The notes under the pieces were generated by a model. That model was not told where the DNA came from. It saw only the letters and a list, made by a program, of their open reading frames with translations, and ran no database searches. A stretch of 38,535 bases of DNA from Trichomonas gallinae (lineage: Eukaryota). Positions 20,496 to 29,574 of the stretch are shown in pieces (position 1 is the stretch's first letter; every line of letters starts with the position of its first letter). The position numbers and the translations under genes were made by a program. The stretch lies in assembly GCA_008369845.1 (NCBI GenBank), contig MRSU01009362.1:1-38535 (forward strand), read 5' to 3'.

Positions 20496-21584
20496 TTATT
20501 CTACTTTTTCATCAATATAAATCCATCCAGGTCTATTTGCCCAGAGTGATGGCCATAATTCAACAAATACAGCATCTTTGTCTTCGAGGAGCTTTTCAAT
20601 GCAGTTGTTGATGACTTCTGGATATGAGTCCCTTCCATCAGATTTTCCGGCCGGAATAACTACTCCCTGGTCATAATCCTTCGTCTGCTGGTAGTGTATC
20701 TTGAACACACCTTTACATGTCCTTATAATGACAAAGCTTCGAGCTGAGTGCGCAAGTCCGCCTTTAGATAACTCGCAAACAGTAGCACCGACACCATCAT
20801 GTAGTTGAACAGCAACTAAATCGCATAACATGCATTTTGATCTTTGTACGGCATTGGAAACATAAGTAAGATTCCTGGAGTCTACCCAAATAGCGAAATA
20901 CACCTGTGTATCGAGCTCTCTGAATGCAGAAAAGAAATCAAAATAATCATCTTCTCCCCATTTATCGCTTGGAGGGTCCATCACAATTGCAGTTGGAGCA
21001 TTGACTATTTTCATGACAGCTTGCGCTGTTATCTTGTTGACAATGTGTTTTGTCGCAACTTTATGAGAAAATTGTTCGTACGGGAGAATTTCTTTGACGT
21101 AAGTGAACTCTGTGGTTTCTCTGGCTCCATCTGGTTGAAGGAATCTCCTCAGTCTGTAGGATGGCCATATTTCTATGCCTTCACCAATGTGTTCAATCGC
21201 GAATTCGGAGCCCATAAATTGCAAATCATCAGTAGTCTTTCTTTTTGAGCTTGGTCGTGAATAGAAGACTGGATTTTTATACATGTCGCCTATCTCATCG
21301 TAAAAATTCTCACCTGCGATGTAATCTTGATCATCAAAACTTTCATCTTGGTCTCCGGTAATGGAATCCAGTGAATTCCATATTTCTAGTGGCATTTGAT
21401 TCGGATCTGCTGTCCAAAGGAATGTCTTACGCACAGCTTCTTCTTGATTTTCGCATTTTTGAGAGAAAAATTCGAGAGTAGCAAATCTTGCTTCAATATC
21501 TTTTACTGATGCAGTATCTTCTGCAAAATCTGCATAGTATAATGGATCGATTTTAGTTTTCTGCTTTCTTTTTCTTGTTTCCAA
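20496..21584 (-). CDS. MT-A70 family adenine methyltransferase-like protein (AMT6/7 / MTA9-like, probably the non-catalytic subunit); start codon uncertain (TTG)
   Basis: AIVMDPPS (DPPW position), YFAIWV (FLW), CDLVAVQ (D-x-x-W-x-K region), HSARSFVIIR (HSKEHCLVG), and a C-terminal SYPEVINNCIEKLL...FVELW...NRPGWIYI matching the MT-A70 SRKP...IE...LELF...RPGW pattern. No ATG lies between the in-frame stop at 21609-21611 and a Met about 60 codons into the ORF. Confidence 0.75.
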   Translation of the reverse strand: METRKRKQKTKIDPLYYADFAEDTASVKDIEARFATLEFFSQKCENQEEAVRKTFLWTADPNQMPLEIWNSLDSITGDQDESFDDQDYIAGENFYDEIGDMYKNPVFYSRPSSKRKTTDDLQFMGSEFAIEHIGEGIEIWPSYRLRRFLQPDGARETTEFTYVKEILPYEQFSHKVATKHIVNKITAQAVMKIVNAPTAIVMDPPSDKWGEDDYFDFFSAFRELDTQVYFAIWVDSRNLTYVSNAVQRSKCMLCDLVAVQLHDGVGATVCELSKGGLAHSARSFVIIRTCKGVFKIHYQQTKDYDQGVVIPAGKSDGRDSYPEVINNCIEKLLEDKDAVFVELWPSLWANRPGWIYIDEKVE

Positions 21585-21607
21585 TTTGTTTAACAATAAT
21601 TTGCCAA

Positions 21608-21918
21608 TTTACACGACAAATTATATTTTCGATTTATTTACACGACATATTACTTTCAATTTTTTTTATAATATAATTTACATGACATATAAAACTTACA
21701 TGACTTCAAATTTTATTTACATGACAAATTATTTTCAATTTTTCTTTAGAGCCAGATTTTACCTGAAAAAAAAAAAAAAGTGCATTCAAATTATTTTACA
21801 TGACAAATTAAATCAATTTTTCTTTGAATGTAAATTATATATAACAGAAATTTTTGTAAACGGTTTGAGTTGAATATTTTTACATGACAGAAAAGTAATT
21901 TAATAGATTTACATGACA
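21608..21918. promoter_or_regulatory. Array of 8 co-oriented (T/C)TTACA(C/T)GAC(A/T) motifs in a bidirectional promoter
   Basis: Copies start at 21608, 21637, 21677, 21695, 21716, 21795, 21879 and 21908, between the divergent genes starting at about 21584 (-) and 21944 (+). Confidence 0.7.
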
Positions 21919-21943
21919 TAAAAAGTTTACATTTTTAATCAAC

Positions 21944-23668
21944 ATGAGAGCATCTACAGGAAAAACTTTTTCACTCCAAGAATTTGGTATTTTAAATTCC
22001 ACTCCTAGAAGATATCGTTCCAATGGCAAAATCGAAGACCTTTTACTTGACGGAACTGATTTATTGAAGCTGACGACTCCTGCGAAATACGTATATGCCG
22101 AAGATGGCACCCTCATTAAATCGCTTGATGCTGTTCCTTCCGGTTCTACACTCTATTTATCAGTTAAAAGGCTATCTTCGCAAAAGAAATTATCAACACC
22201 AACAAAACAAGAGTTTTCACCATCAGAAGCAGCTAACTTTATGGAACACTCATTTAATTATGAAGATGATGAAGCAATCAGCTTAGATTTGAATTCTCCA
22301 AGAATTAGTCCGCAAAGTTCCACATTTTCTACACCATCAAAGTATTCAGATACTATGTCTAGGACTTCCTCCGTTTCTGCTTCTCCGAAATCCAAATCTC
22401 CTTCAAAATTCTCGCCAGAAAAAGCTTTGATACCAGAGGTTAAAGAATCACCTTATGTTCGTTACCATCAGTTACTCATCAGTTTGCCAGGCACAACAGA
22501 AGATCATTTAATTTATTCAATGCTTTCTGCTTATACATCAGTTCCTCCAGAGCACAGAGTCAATTCTACAAAGTATCAGTCTCTCGAAGAATTACTTAGA
22601 ACAGCACAGCATCGATTATTTGAAAAATTACTTGTATCTGAGTTAATTGCACCAATCAGCGCCGATAGTATCGTTAACCAACCAGTATACAACAAATGCT
22701 ACGAAATTCTCGACGAAAAAAAGATTGATCAGATTAAATTAGCGATTTTGGGACCAAGACGCTGTGGAAAAACAGTTGTTCTTCACGCATTAGCCGAATT
22801 ATTCTACAGAAAAGTCCAAATATCTGATTCTGCTGATACAATCTTCATGTTTCCGTTCAATGTTCAAAAATATGTAGAAACGATTAAAAACGGAGAAGCA
22901 GAGGGCTTTTATAAGATTGTCATGAGAATCCTATTTGATTCATTACTATTCGCACGCTTCCAGATTTGGAATTTATACCAACAAATCAAAGAATGGTTTT
23001 TATGTATTCCAATGGTTGGCTCTCTCCTCTCAATTCCTAAAGAAATCGAGAATTCTCCATTCGTAGACGCTCAACTCATGCGCAAAGTTGGAAAGCAGCT
23101 TCACAATGTTTTACATAATAATTTAGTTCCGCCTTCTGAAGCATTTTCCGTTATTTTAACCAATATTCCTGAATTTGCGAAGATTTTCCACTTCGACACA
23201 ACTTGTTTCATCCTTGATCACGTTTGCGAAACACAAAATAATTTTTCTGTTTCTCTCGCAAACGCAATTGGCAATTATCCATATATAGTTTCTGGTATAG
23301 AAGATTCGAAGTTCAAATCTAACTTCAAGAAAGATTTTACTCCAATTATTATCGAGAAATTCATCGAAATGGAAGATAATCGTAGAATCAACTTCCTCAA
23401 CTACTCAATATCCATTGATGAGTGCAATGGGCTTCCAGGAGCAATTCATTTGTTCGATGAAGCTGCAAAAGCCGCAGAACCAGTTATTCCACAGAAGAAG
23501 CTTGGTTTGACTTTCCAGAGCAAAGCAGCTTCTTACTCCACAACTATTGCTTGCCAGAAAGTTTTGCTGTTGTGCGATTGCATCAAAGAATCAAATCCTA
23601 ACAAAGACTACCTTTCTGCAATGAACGATTTGAGTGAAGGAAACGTCAAGATTTCACTTGAATGCTAG
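21944..23668 (+). CDS. Hypothetical protein with an N-terminal doublecortin (DCX)-like domain, a Ser/Pro-rich linker and a P-loop domain
   Basis: LLLDGTDLLKLTTPAKYVYAEDGTLIKSLDAVPSGSTLYLS fits the DCX pattern. Walker A-like LAILGPRRCGKT at 22751-22774 and a Walker B-like CFILDH. Confidence 0.65.
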   Translation: MRASTGKTFSLQEFGILNSTPRRYRSNGKIEDLLLDGTDLLKLTTPAKYVYAEDGTLIKSLDAVPSGSTLYLSVKRLSSQKKLSTPTKQEFSPSEAANFMEHSFNYEDDEAISLDLNSPRISPQSSTFSTPSKYSDTMSRTSSVSASPKSKSPSKFSPEKALIPEVKESPYVRYHQLLISLPGTTEDHLIYSMLSAYTSVPPEHRVNSTKYQSLEELLRTAQHRLFEKLLVSELIAPISADSIVNQPVYNKCYEILDEKKIDQIKLAILGPRRCGKTVVLHALAELFYRKVQISDSADTIFMFPFNVQKYVETIKNGEAEGFYKIVMRILFDSLLFARFQIWNLYQQIKEWFLCIPMVGSLLSIPKEIENSPFVDAQLMRKVGKQLHNVLHNNLVPPSEAFSVILTNIPEFAKIFHFDTTCFILDHVCETQNNFSVSLANAIGNYPYIVSGIEDSKFKSNFKKDFTPIIIEKFIEMEDNRRINFLNYSISIDECNGLPGAIHLFDEAAKAAEPVIPQKKLGLTFQSKAASYSTTIACQKVLLLCDCIKESNPNKDYLSAMNDLSEGNVKISLEC

Positions 23669-24035
23669 ATTATTGTTAATTAAATCAATGTTTGTTTTAA
23701 ATTTGATTATTTCTGGAAGCAAAATGATATATATGAATTTTATGGCCATAATATAGTAATAAGAGAACGATAATATTATTTTTCGTTGCATTATTTGATC
23801 ATGGATAATATCTTAAAGCGCATCTTCATGTTTTGAATTCAGTGTATTCTATATTACATGCATATGTCATGATTTTCACATCAAATTTCGAGTTTAGCTT
23901 TTTTGTATAAAAAAATATCAAAAACAAATATTATATAATATATGATTATTTTCATTAATGAAAGGTAATGGTTTTGTAGCTTATAAAAAACAACAAGATT
24001 CTTTATTTTATCAAATAAATTAAAAATTAATATTG

Positions 24036-24593
24036 TTATTGCATTGCCATTTGATTAAATGCACCACCAAACATTCCAGTGTTTGGAAGCTTGAAATCTA
24101 ATGCTCTTTCAATCATATTTTTCAAGCAGAAATTCAATAAGAAGTAAACACATGAGAATGATCCTTCTGTATAGTCTTCACCGTCAAGATTTTTGTGCGT
24201 CAACTTGTTAATTGGCCAGGCAACGCTGAATGGAAGTTTGAGACAAACTCTGTATTCGAAGAAAGAACCAATAATGTAGTTGAATATAAACATTGACAGC
24301 GATAATGCTGAGTTTATGAATAGTGTTGATCGCTGAACTTCATCTTTAAGAATTTGGCGTTCGATTCTTAGCTTGTTTAAACGTTTTGAGTCCTTTTTTG
24401 CAGATGATGGATTTAGTGATTCTTGTTTTTCTGCTTCTAGAAGTTCAGCTTCTTTTAATTGAAGATTTTTGATTGCTTCTCTAACTTTTGGGCGTCTAAA
24501 AATGAGAACCCACTGGATAAAAGTGTTAAGTGATATCGCACTTAGTGTTGCAAACACTGCATATCCAAAATTCTCGAGAATTTCGCTCACCAT
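24036..24593 (-). CDS. TMCO1: TMCO1 / DUF106 (Oxa1-superfamily ER membrane protein)
   Basis: TM1, a cytosolic coiled coil, TM2, then KLPF...LTHKNLDGEDYTEGSFSCVYFL, matching TMCO1 KLPF...LSHRNLLGDDTTDCSFIFLYIL. The first ATG is at 24593. Confidence 0.8.
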   Translation of the reverse strand: MVSEILENFGYAVFATLSAISLNTFIQWVLIFRRPKVREAIKNLQLKEAELLEAEKQESLNPSSAKKDSKRLNKLRIERQILKDEVQRSTLFINSALSLSMFIFNYIIGSFFEYRVCLKLPFSVAWPINKLTHKNLDGEDYTEGSFSCVYFLLNFCLKNMIERALDFKLPNTGMFGGAFNQMAMQ

Positions 24594-25102
24594 AATAAAA
24601 ATATAAAAATAACGATAGAAAATCTTGTTTATTTGGCAAATTTTAAATTTACACGTCAAATATATATCGAATGCATTATAATTATCATCTTTTGAGTTTA
24701 TACAAGATTCAATATTAAAATCTATAATGTTAGCACCTCTCCACTATACCATATTCAGTTGAATGTATATTTATGCTGATTGTAATAATAACACAGCTTT
24801 AAATCATGCTTCAATAAATCAAGATAAATTATCCTTAATTCCTGATAATCATAATCATGTAATTGTCAATCATAAACGAAAAAAAAAAGCATTTCTAACA
24901 AAACATCTTTAATTGTTGCTTCAAATAAATGATCATCAACATGAGATTGTCAAACATTGTTTTATTATTCCTGAAAAACAACAAAAGATAATTCCAATAA
25001 AATGGTGTTGATTTGTGCTTTAGAAAATGGTCATCATAATGGAATTTTGTTTTATTTCAAAAAAGATGATTATTGAGTTTAAACAAGATATAAATAGGAT
25101 TT

Positions 25103-27490
25103 TTATACTTCACAAAATGTGTAAATTGCGGCCTTGGAGATCAAGTTGAGGAATGTCTGGTCTCCGTGAATGCAGATATCGAGGCCGTCCTTTCTAATAT
25201 CTATATCAACAACATAAACAAACCCACTGAACTGGAACGCGAGGCAGACCTCGTCATCCTTCTTAGCGACGACTTGTATGTTCCTGCCGCGCAGCTCCTC
25301 ATCCTTGGCGAGCCTAGTCGGTGACTGTATGATGACTTCACTTCCAGTCTTAAACATTTCGAGGAATTCTCTCTTTTTGAGTTTGAAGTCCTTCTTGAAC
25401 ATCCTCCTCGTGTCAGTGAAGTGGTTGAAGTAGACGACGCCCATGTTCGTCTTCAGAGCAAAGTTGAGGTTCTCCTTAGGTCCAGTCACGCTTGGATCGA
25501 ATGAATATGGAATGGTAGATATAAACGACTCGCCAAGCGACAATTTTTGAGGCATTGGGGCACTGCCTGTCATCGTGAATCCGTACGAGTTTTTATCTAG
25601 AGCGAGTGCGAAGTCCGTGAAGACGGTGTCTGATGTGTTTTCGAGCTGAATGTAAAGATTGTGGTCATCGAAGTCAGCAGAAATGATTAGGCCGCCTGAT
25701 GAGTGTACTTGGGTCCAATCTCTCTCTTCTTCGACGTTTATTTCTGGCATGTACTTCATTGTCTTGAAATCTGTTGTTGCAATGCGGAGAACTCCACTAA
25801 CTGTGCCGATTCCGTGAAGGAACTGGTCGAGAATCTCCTCCTTGTAGCGCTCTGTGTGAACTTGGACTGGTTTCTTCTCGAAAACAATCATCTTTTTGGC
25901 TGCATCGGAATCTGCTGATAATAAGCGCCAGTAGATGATGGCACGATTGCGGACATCTGGCAAAACACTCTCTTTTGTAGCTTCATTGAGTGCAAACTGA
26001 AGTTGTTCGCGTGAATTTTCTGGATTATTAAGATAAAGCTTCACGAAGGCTGTAATGATCTGTTGCTGAACTTCTGGAGCTTCAGAATCAAAGTTATCAA
26101 GGAATGGATCAATAATCACATCAACTTGTTCAATTAAATGGCAATATTCACCCAAGATCCAGATAACAGCTGCTTTAGCCTTCGGATCCTTGATTTCTTC
26201 GACATTCTTGCAGATTATAGCGATGGCACTTTCAAATCTTCCTGGATATGTGCGTAACAGATCTGAAAGGACGCAGATGGATTCCTCTGTAGCGTAAATA
26301 GCGTCACCGGAGACGAGCTTAATGAGGATATCAACGCAAGCAGTGGCATCGTCTGGTCTCATCATCGCGACTTGCCCTAAACATTTGATGGATTTGCGGA
26401 CAAAGTCGACATCGATCGAATTGCAGTACTCCGATAACTCCGAGATGACTAAACCCGCGTTGCGGTCGTTTATAAGCGAGAGCATAATATCTAACTTTTC
26501 AATTTTGATGTATGAAGGGTCATTGTATTTACAGAAGAAGATTCTGATCTCCTTTGATAGTGCTTTTGGATATTTTAGAACGAATAAAGACAATGTTCTT
26601 AAAACAATGAATTGAATTTCTGGATCTGAGCCAGAAACAAGTGTAATGAATGGTGGAATGATGTTAGCGAGTAATTCCTTGAGATCCATCGTAGAGTATT
26701 CCATGAAAATAAAGATGCAGCGGAATGCGCCGATGACGACTGCTGAATTCGAATGCTTTAAGAACGGAAGAAGACGCTCAATGTACATCTGTGCCTCTTC
26801 AGGAGACTTCGGCTCGTATTGAGCCAGCACATTTAGCAATGTAATCTGGCACCATTCTGTTGATGAAGAAATTGCATTGATAATTGGAGAAAGGTCATCA
26901 TTAAATTGATATATTGGCGATGAACGCTTGGAATTGATCTCGGAAATAGCTGCTGCTGTATTAGAAACAACTAATGGATTATCATCTCTTAATAATTTAA
27001 TCAAAATTTCAAAAACACCGGAATTTTCAACTGACTCTGGGATGACTTCGAATAATTTGGCAATTGCAAGAACCGCTGTCTTTCTAACAAACGGATCTTT
27101 ATCTGATAATCTTTGTTTGATAGGTATTATCATATGTTCGGCGATTGTATCTATGCGAATTCTACTCATTGTTCTAACTGCTAGTGCTCTGACCAGTGGA
27201 TTTCTATCTTCTGAGTCTTGAATAAAAGTATTTACGGCCATAATGGCTTCTTCCGATTGTTCTTCAGCGTACGTGACGAAGTATAAGTATGTGAGGCGTT
27301 TGAGCTCTAAATCCGCTGTTTTTACACATCTAAGCATTGATGAAAATAAATATCCAACATTTTCACCGGCTCTCATCAACGCAACGACGTGTTTTGCTGC
27401 TTTTTTCCTTGTCTCGCTGTCATTGGAGTCTAACTGGTTCTTCAAATTTATATTTTCGCCCCTTGATGCTCCTTGAAAGAGCTTGGACAT
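25103..27490 (-). CDS. Beta-adaptin (AP-1/AP-2 beta subunit family)
   Basis: DLELKRLTYLY, AIMAVNTFIQD...NPLVRALAVRTM, DPFVRKTA, FFCKYNDPSYIKIEKLDI, DVDFVRKSI and PDVRNRAIIYWRLL, plus a C-terminal appendage domain. Confidence 0.96.
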   Translation of the reverse strand: MSKLFQGASRGENINLKNQLDSNDSETRKKAAKHVVALMRAGENVGYLFSSMLRCVKTADLELKRLTYLYFVTYAEEQSEEAIMAVNTFIQDSEDRNPLVRALAVRTMSRIRIDTIAEHMIIPIKQRLSDKDPFVRKTAVLAIAKLFEVIPESVENSGVFEILIKLLRDDNPLVVSNTAAAISEINSKRSSPIYQFNDDLSPIINAISSSTEWCQITLLNVLAQYEPKSPEEAQMYIERLLPFLKHSNSAVVIGAFRCIFIFMEYSTMDLKELLANIIPPFITLVSGSDPEIQFIVLRTLSLFVLKYPKALSKEIRIFFCKYNDPSYIKIEKLDIMLSLINDRNAGLVISELSEYCNSIDVDFVRKSIKCLGQVAMMRPDDATACVDILIKLVSGDAIYATEESICVLSDLLRTYPGRFESAIAIICKNVEEIKDPKAKAAVIWILGEYCHLIEQVDVIIDPFLDNFDSEAPEVQQQIITAFVKLYLNNPENSREQLQFALNEATKESVLPDVRNRAIIYWRLLSADSDAAKKMIVFEKKPVQVHTERYKEEILDQFLHGIGTVSGVLRIATTDFKTMKYMPEINVEEERDWTQVHSSGGLIISADFDDHNLYIQLENTSDTVFTDFALALDKNSYGFTMTGSAPMPQKLSLGESFISTIPYSFDPSVTGPKENLNFALKTNMGVVYFNHFTDTRRMFKKDFKLKKREFLEMFKTGSEVIIQSPTRLAKDEELRGRNIQVVAKKDDEVCLAFQFSGFVYVVDIDIRKDGLDICIHGDQTFLNLISKAAIYTFCEV

Positions 27491-28283
27491 TTTTTTTTAC
27501 GATCGGCTTGTTTTTTTTTTTTTAGTAATGTTATATACTTTTACTAGTTTTGACTAAAACAAATTTATAAATATGTATAAATAACAAATATCTAGTCCAA
27601 ACAGCTTAAAAATGATTGTTTAATATTTTGTAATCGAAAATATAAAGAATGGAAACCTCTTATCTATCTATTTCGGTCCTATTGATAGATATAAACTATA
27701 TATTATAATGGAAAACTCGATACAACATTAATTGATTCTTGATTGATACTGCTGATCATTCATGCTTAAAATATGTATTCATGGCATGATATTATAGAAA
27801 ATATCAACGATTTTTCGTTCATGTGGTTTTGAAATTTTCTATTATTCAGAGTTAAATTTGAAATTATTTAATTTTGCGTGCTACAAACAGAGTGGATTCC
27901 GCTTATCTATAATTTCACTTTTGTCATATAGATGTTTATAATACTTGTCAATTTATTATTTTGATTTTATATTTATGTCTTTTAAGATCAATCTTCCTTT
28001 TACCAACATAGTATATAAATGTTATGGTCTTCAAATGAGCATTGCAAGATTCTATAATACAATAAGATTTTGCAATTTTTGCATTTTATACTCTGTCATG
28101 CTAACTTCATATGGAACTGAATCCATTCTTTGAGTTTTATCAGGATTCTCACAGAATGAGGATAATTTTATTTGATGATTATAATAATTTTAACAATTTG
28201 GTTTTATGTTTAATAACATATAGAATCTTTATATATTCGCTATAGCTAGTATAGTTTATTAACAAGTTATGAAAATAATATAA

Positions 28284-29141
28284 TTATTGAATGCATCCGT
28301 TTCTTTCGAGCACAGCTATGGCTTCAGCGCAACCAAATACCGCAGCTATGCCCAAAGGAGTTATTCCACCAACTATTCTACTGTTCTTATTCACTTGAGG
28401 CTGCTGGCAAAGATACTCACAAAGTTCTGCTTTGTTATTTTTTGCCGCGTAATGAAGTGGCGTCCATTTTGACGAATCTTCGTATGACGGCGAGAATCCA
28501 AGCGCCAAGCAGTATTTAACACCTTCAACACTGCCAGCTTCAGAGAACCACGAGATGATATTCTTCCCGCTTTTGTCTGTGGCTTTAAAATTGTCGCCGA
28601 ATGATATCAATTTCTTCACTAAAGAAATGTTGCCTCTTCTCGCTGCCTCGTGGATTATTCTCATTGCATCAGGGCGATCTACATTTGTGTAGCCATTGGA
28701 AACTGCTGTCTCTATTGTTTGGTCGTCATTTTCGATGGCAGCTCTAGATAAAATGTTGTAAATTTGGTAAAATTGCTGTGGCTCTTTTTTCAGATTTTTT
28801 AGTATTAACATGTTGATATCATATGCGAAAATCGTTGACACTGTTGAGAAGTCAACAATAAGTTTCTCATTATCGTTCTGTATTGTTGCTAAGATCTCTC
28901 TTTGTGAATCTATTGTAGACATAAGTTCGTCGACTTGTTTTTGGAAGTTATTAGTAATAGTTCGTATAGATTCATTGAGTTCTGCGTTTGTTTTGGTCTG
29001 TTGCTCTAAGTTATTTTTAATTAATTTCAATTCGTCTTTTAATTCGGTGTTTTCTTTCTTTATTGCATCTATTTCCTTGCGAAATTCACACCGAATCATC
29101 TCAATCATCTCTAGATAGTCGATTTCGATGTTTTCTCCCAT
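28284..29141 (-). CDS. Coiled-coil + ankyrin repeat protein
   Basis: N-terminal heptads, then ankyrin repeats (IIHEAARRGNISLVKKLI, WTPLHYAAKNNKAELCEYL, GITPLGIAA). The start is placed at MGENIE (29141), downstream of the Inr-like GTCACTTTT; upstream in-frame ATGs up to 29237 are possible. Confidence 0.88.
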   Translation of the reverse strand: MGENIEIDYLEMIEMIRCEFRKEIDAIKKENTELKDELKLIKNNLEQQTKTNAELNESIRTITNNFQKQVDELMSTIDSQREILATIQNDNEKLIVDFSTVSTIFAYDINMLILKNLKKEPQQFYQIYNILSRAAIENDDQTIETAVSNGYTNVDRPDAMRIIHEAARRGNISLVKKLISFGDNFKATDKSGKNIISWFSEAGSVEGVKYCLALGFSPSYEDSSKWTPLHYAAKNNKAELCEYLCQQPQVNKNSRIVGGITPLGIAAVFGCAEAIAVLERNGCIQ

Positions 29142-29198
29142 CAAAAAATTGGAAAAATTATAATTGACCGGAGATTTTGAAGTAAAATTTTTGACAAA

Positions 29199-29550
29199 CA
29201 AATATTGATTAAAAAGTGACATCATTTTCTCCCACATTTTTTGTAGAGCACTTTTGGTTTACATGTCAAATCATAGCATATTTACAATTTACGTTTCAAA
29301 ATATGTTTTCTACTAATGAATCATGAATCATACAATTATGCTTTATTCTTTTACAGCTTATAATATGGTAACAGTGAGTTGTATTCATGCATTAATGGAT
29401 AATCATTATGTTATTATATTCAGTTATTTGAATGAAATATTAATGAAAAATATTGATTAAAAAAAGTGCCAATAATTTCTCCCACGAAAGAAATTGTGAA
29501 GCACTTTTTCCAAAAAGTCGCATGAATTGCATTTACAGTGAACACATCAA
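29199..29550. repeat. Diverged direct duplication (about 100 bp x2) of the ankyrin-gene upstream region
   Basis: AAATATTGATTAAAAAGTG(A/C)CA...TTTCTCCCAC...AGCACTTTT...TTTACA occurs at about 29199-29300 and again at about 29448-29550. Confidence 0.7.
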
Positions 29551-29574
29551 AAATAAATCAGTGATGTATGTTAA

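Noticed and set aside
21586..21873. 95-aa ORF with repeated YMT
   Set aside because: It is only the translation of the TACATGAC promoter motif array and has a non-ATG start.
21608..21918. CRISPR-like repeat-spacer array
   Set aside because: The repeats are only 11 bp with irregular spacing, the context is eukaryotic, and there are no cas genes.
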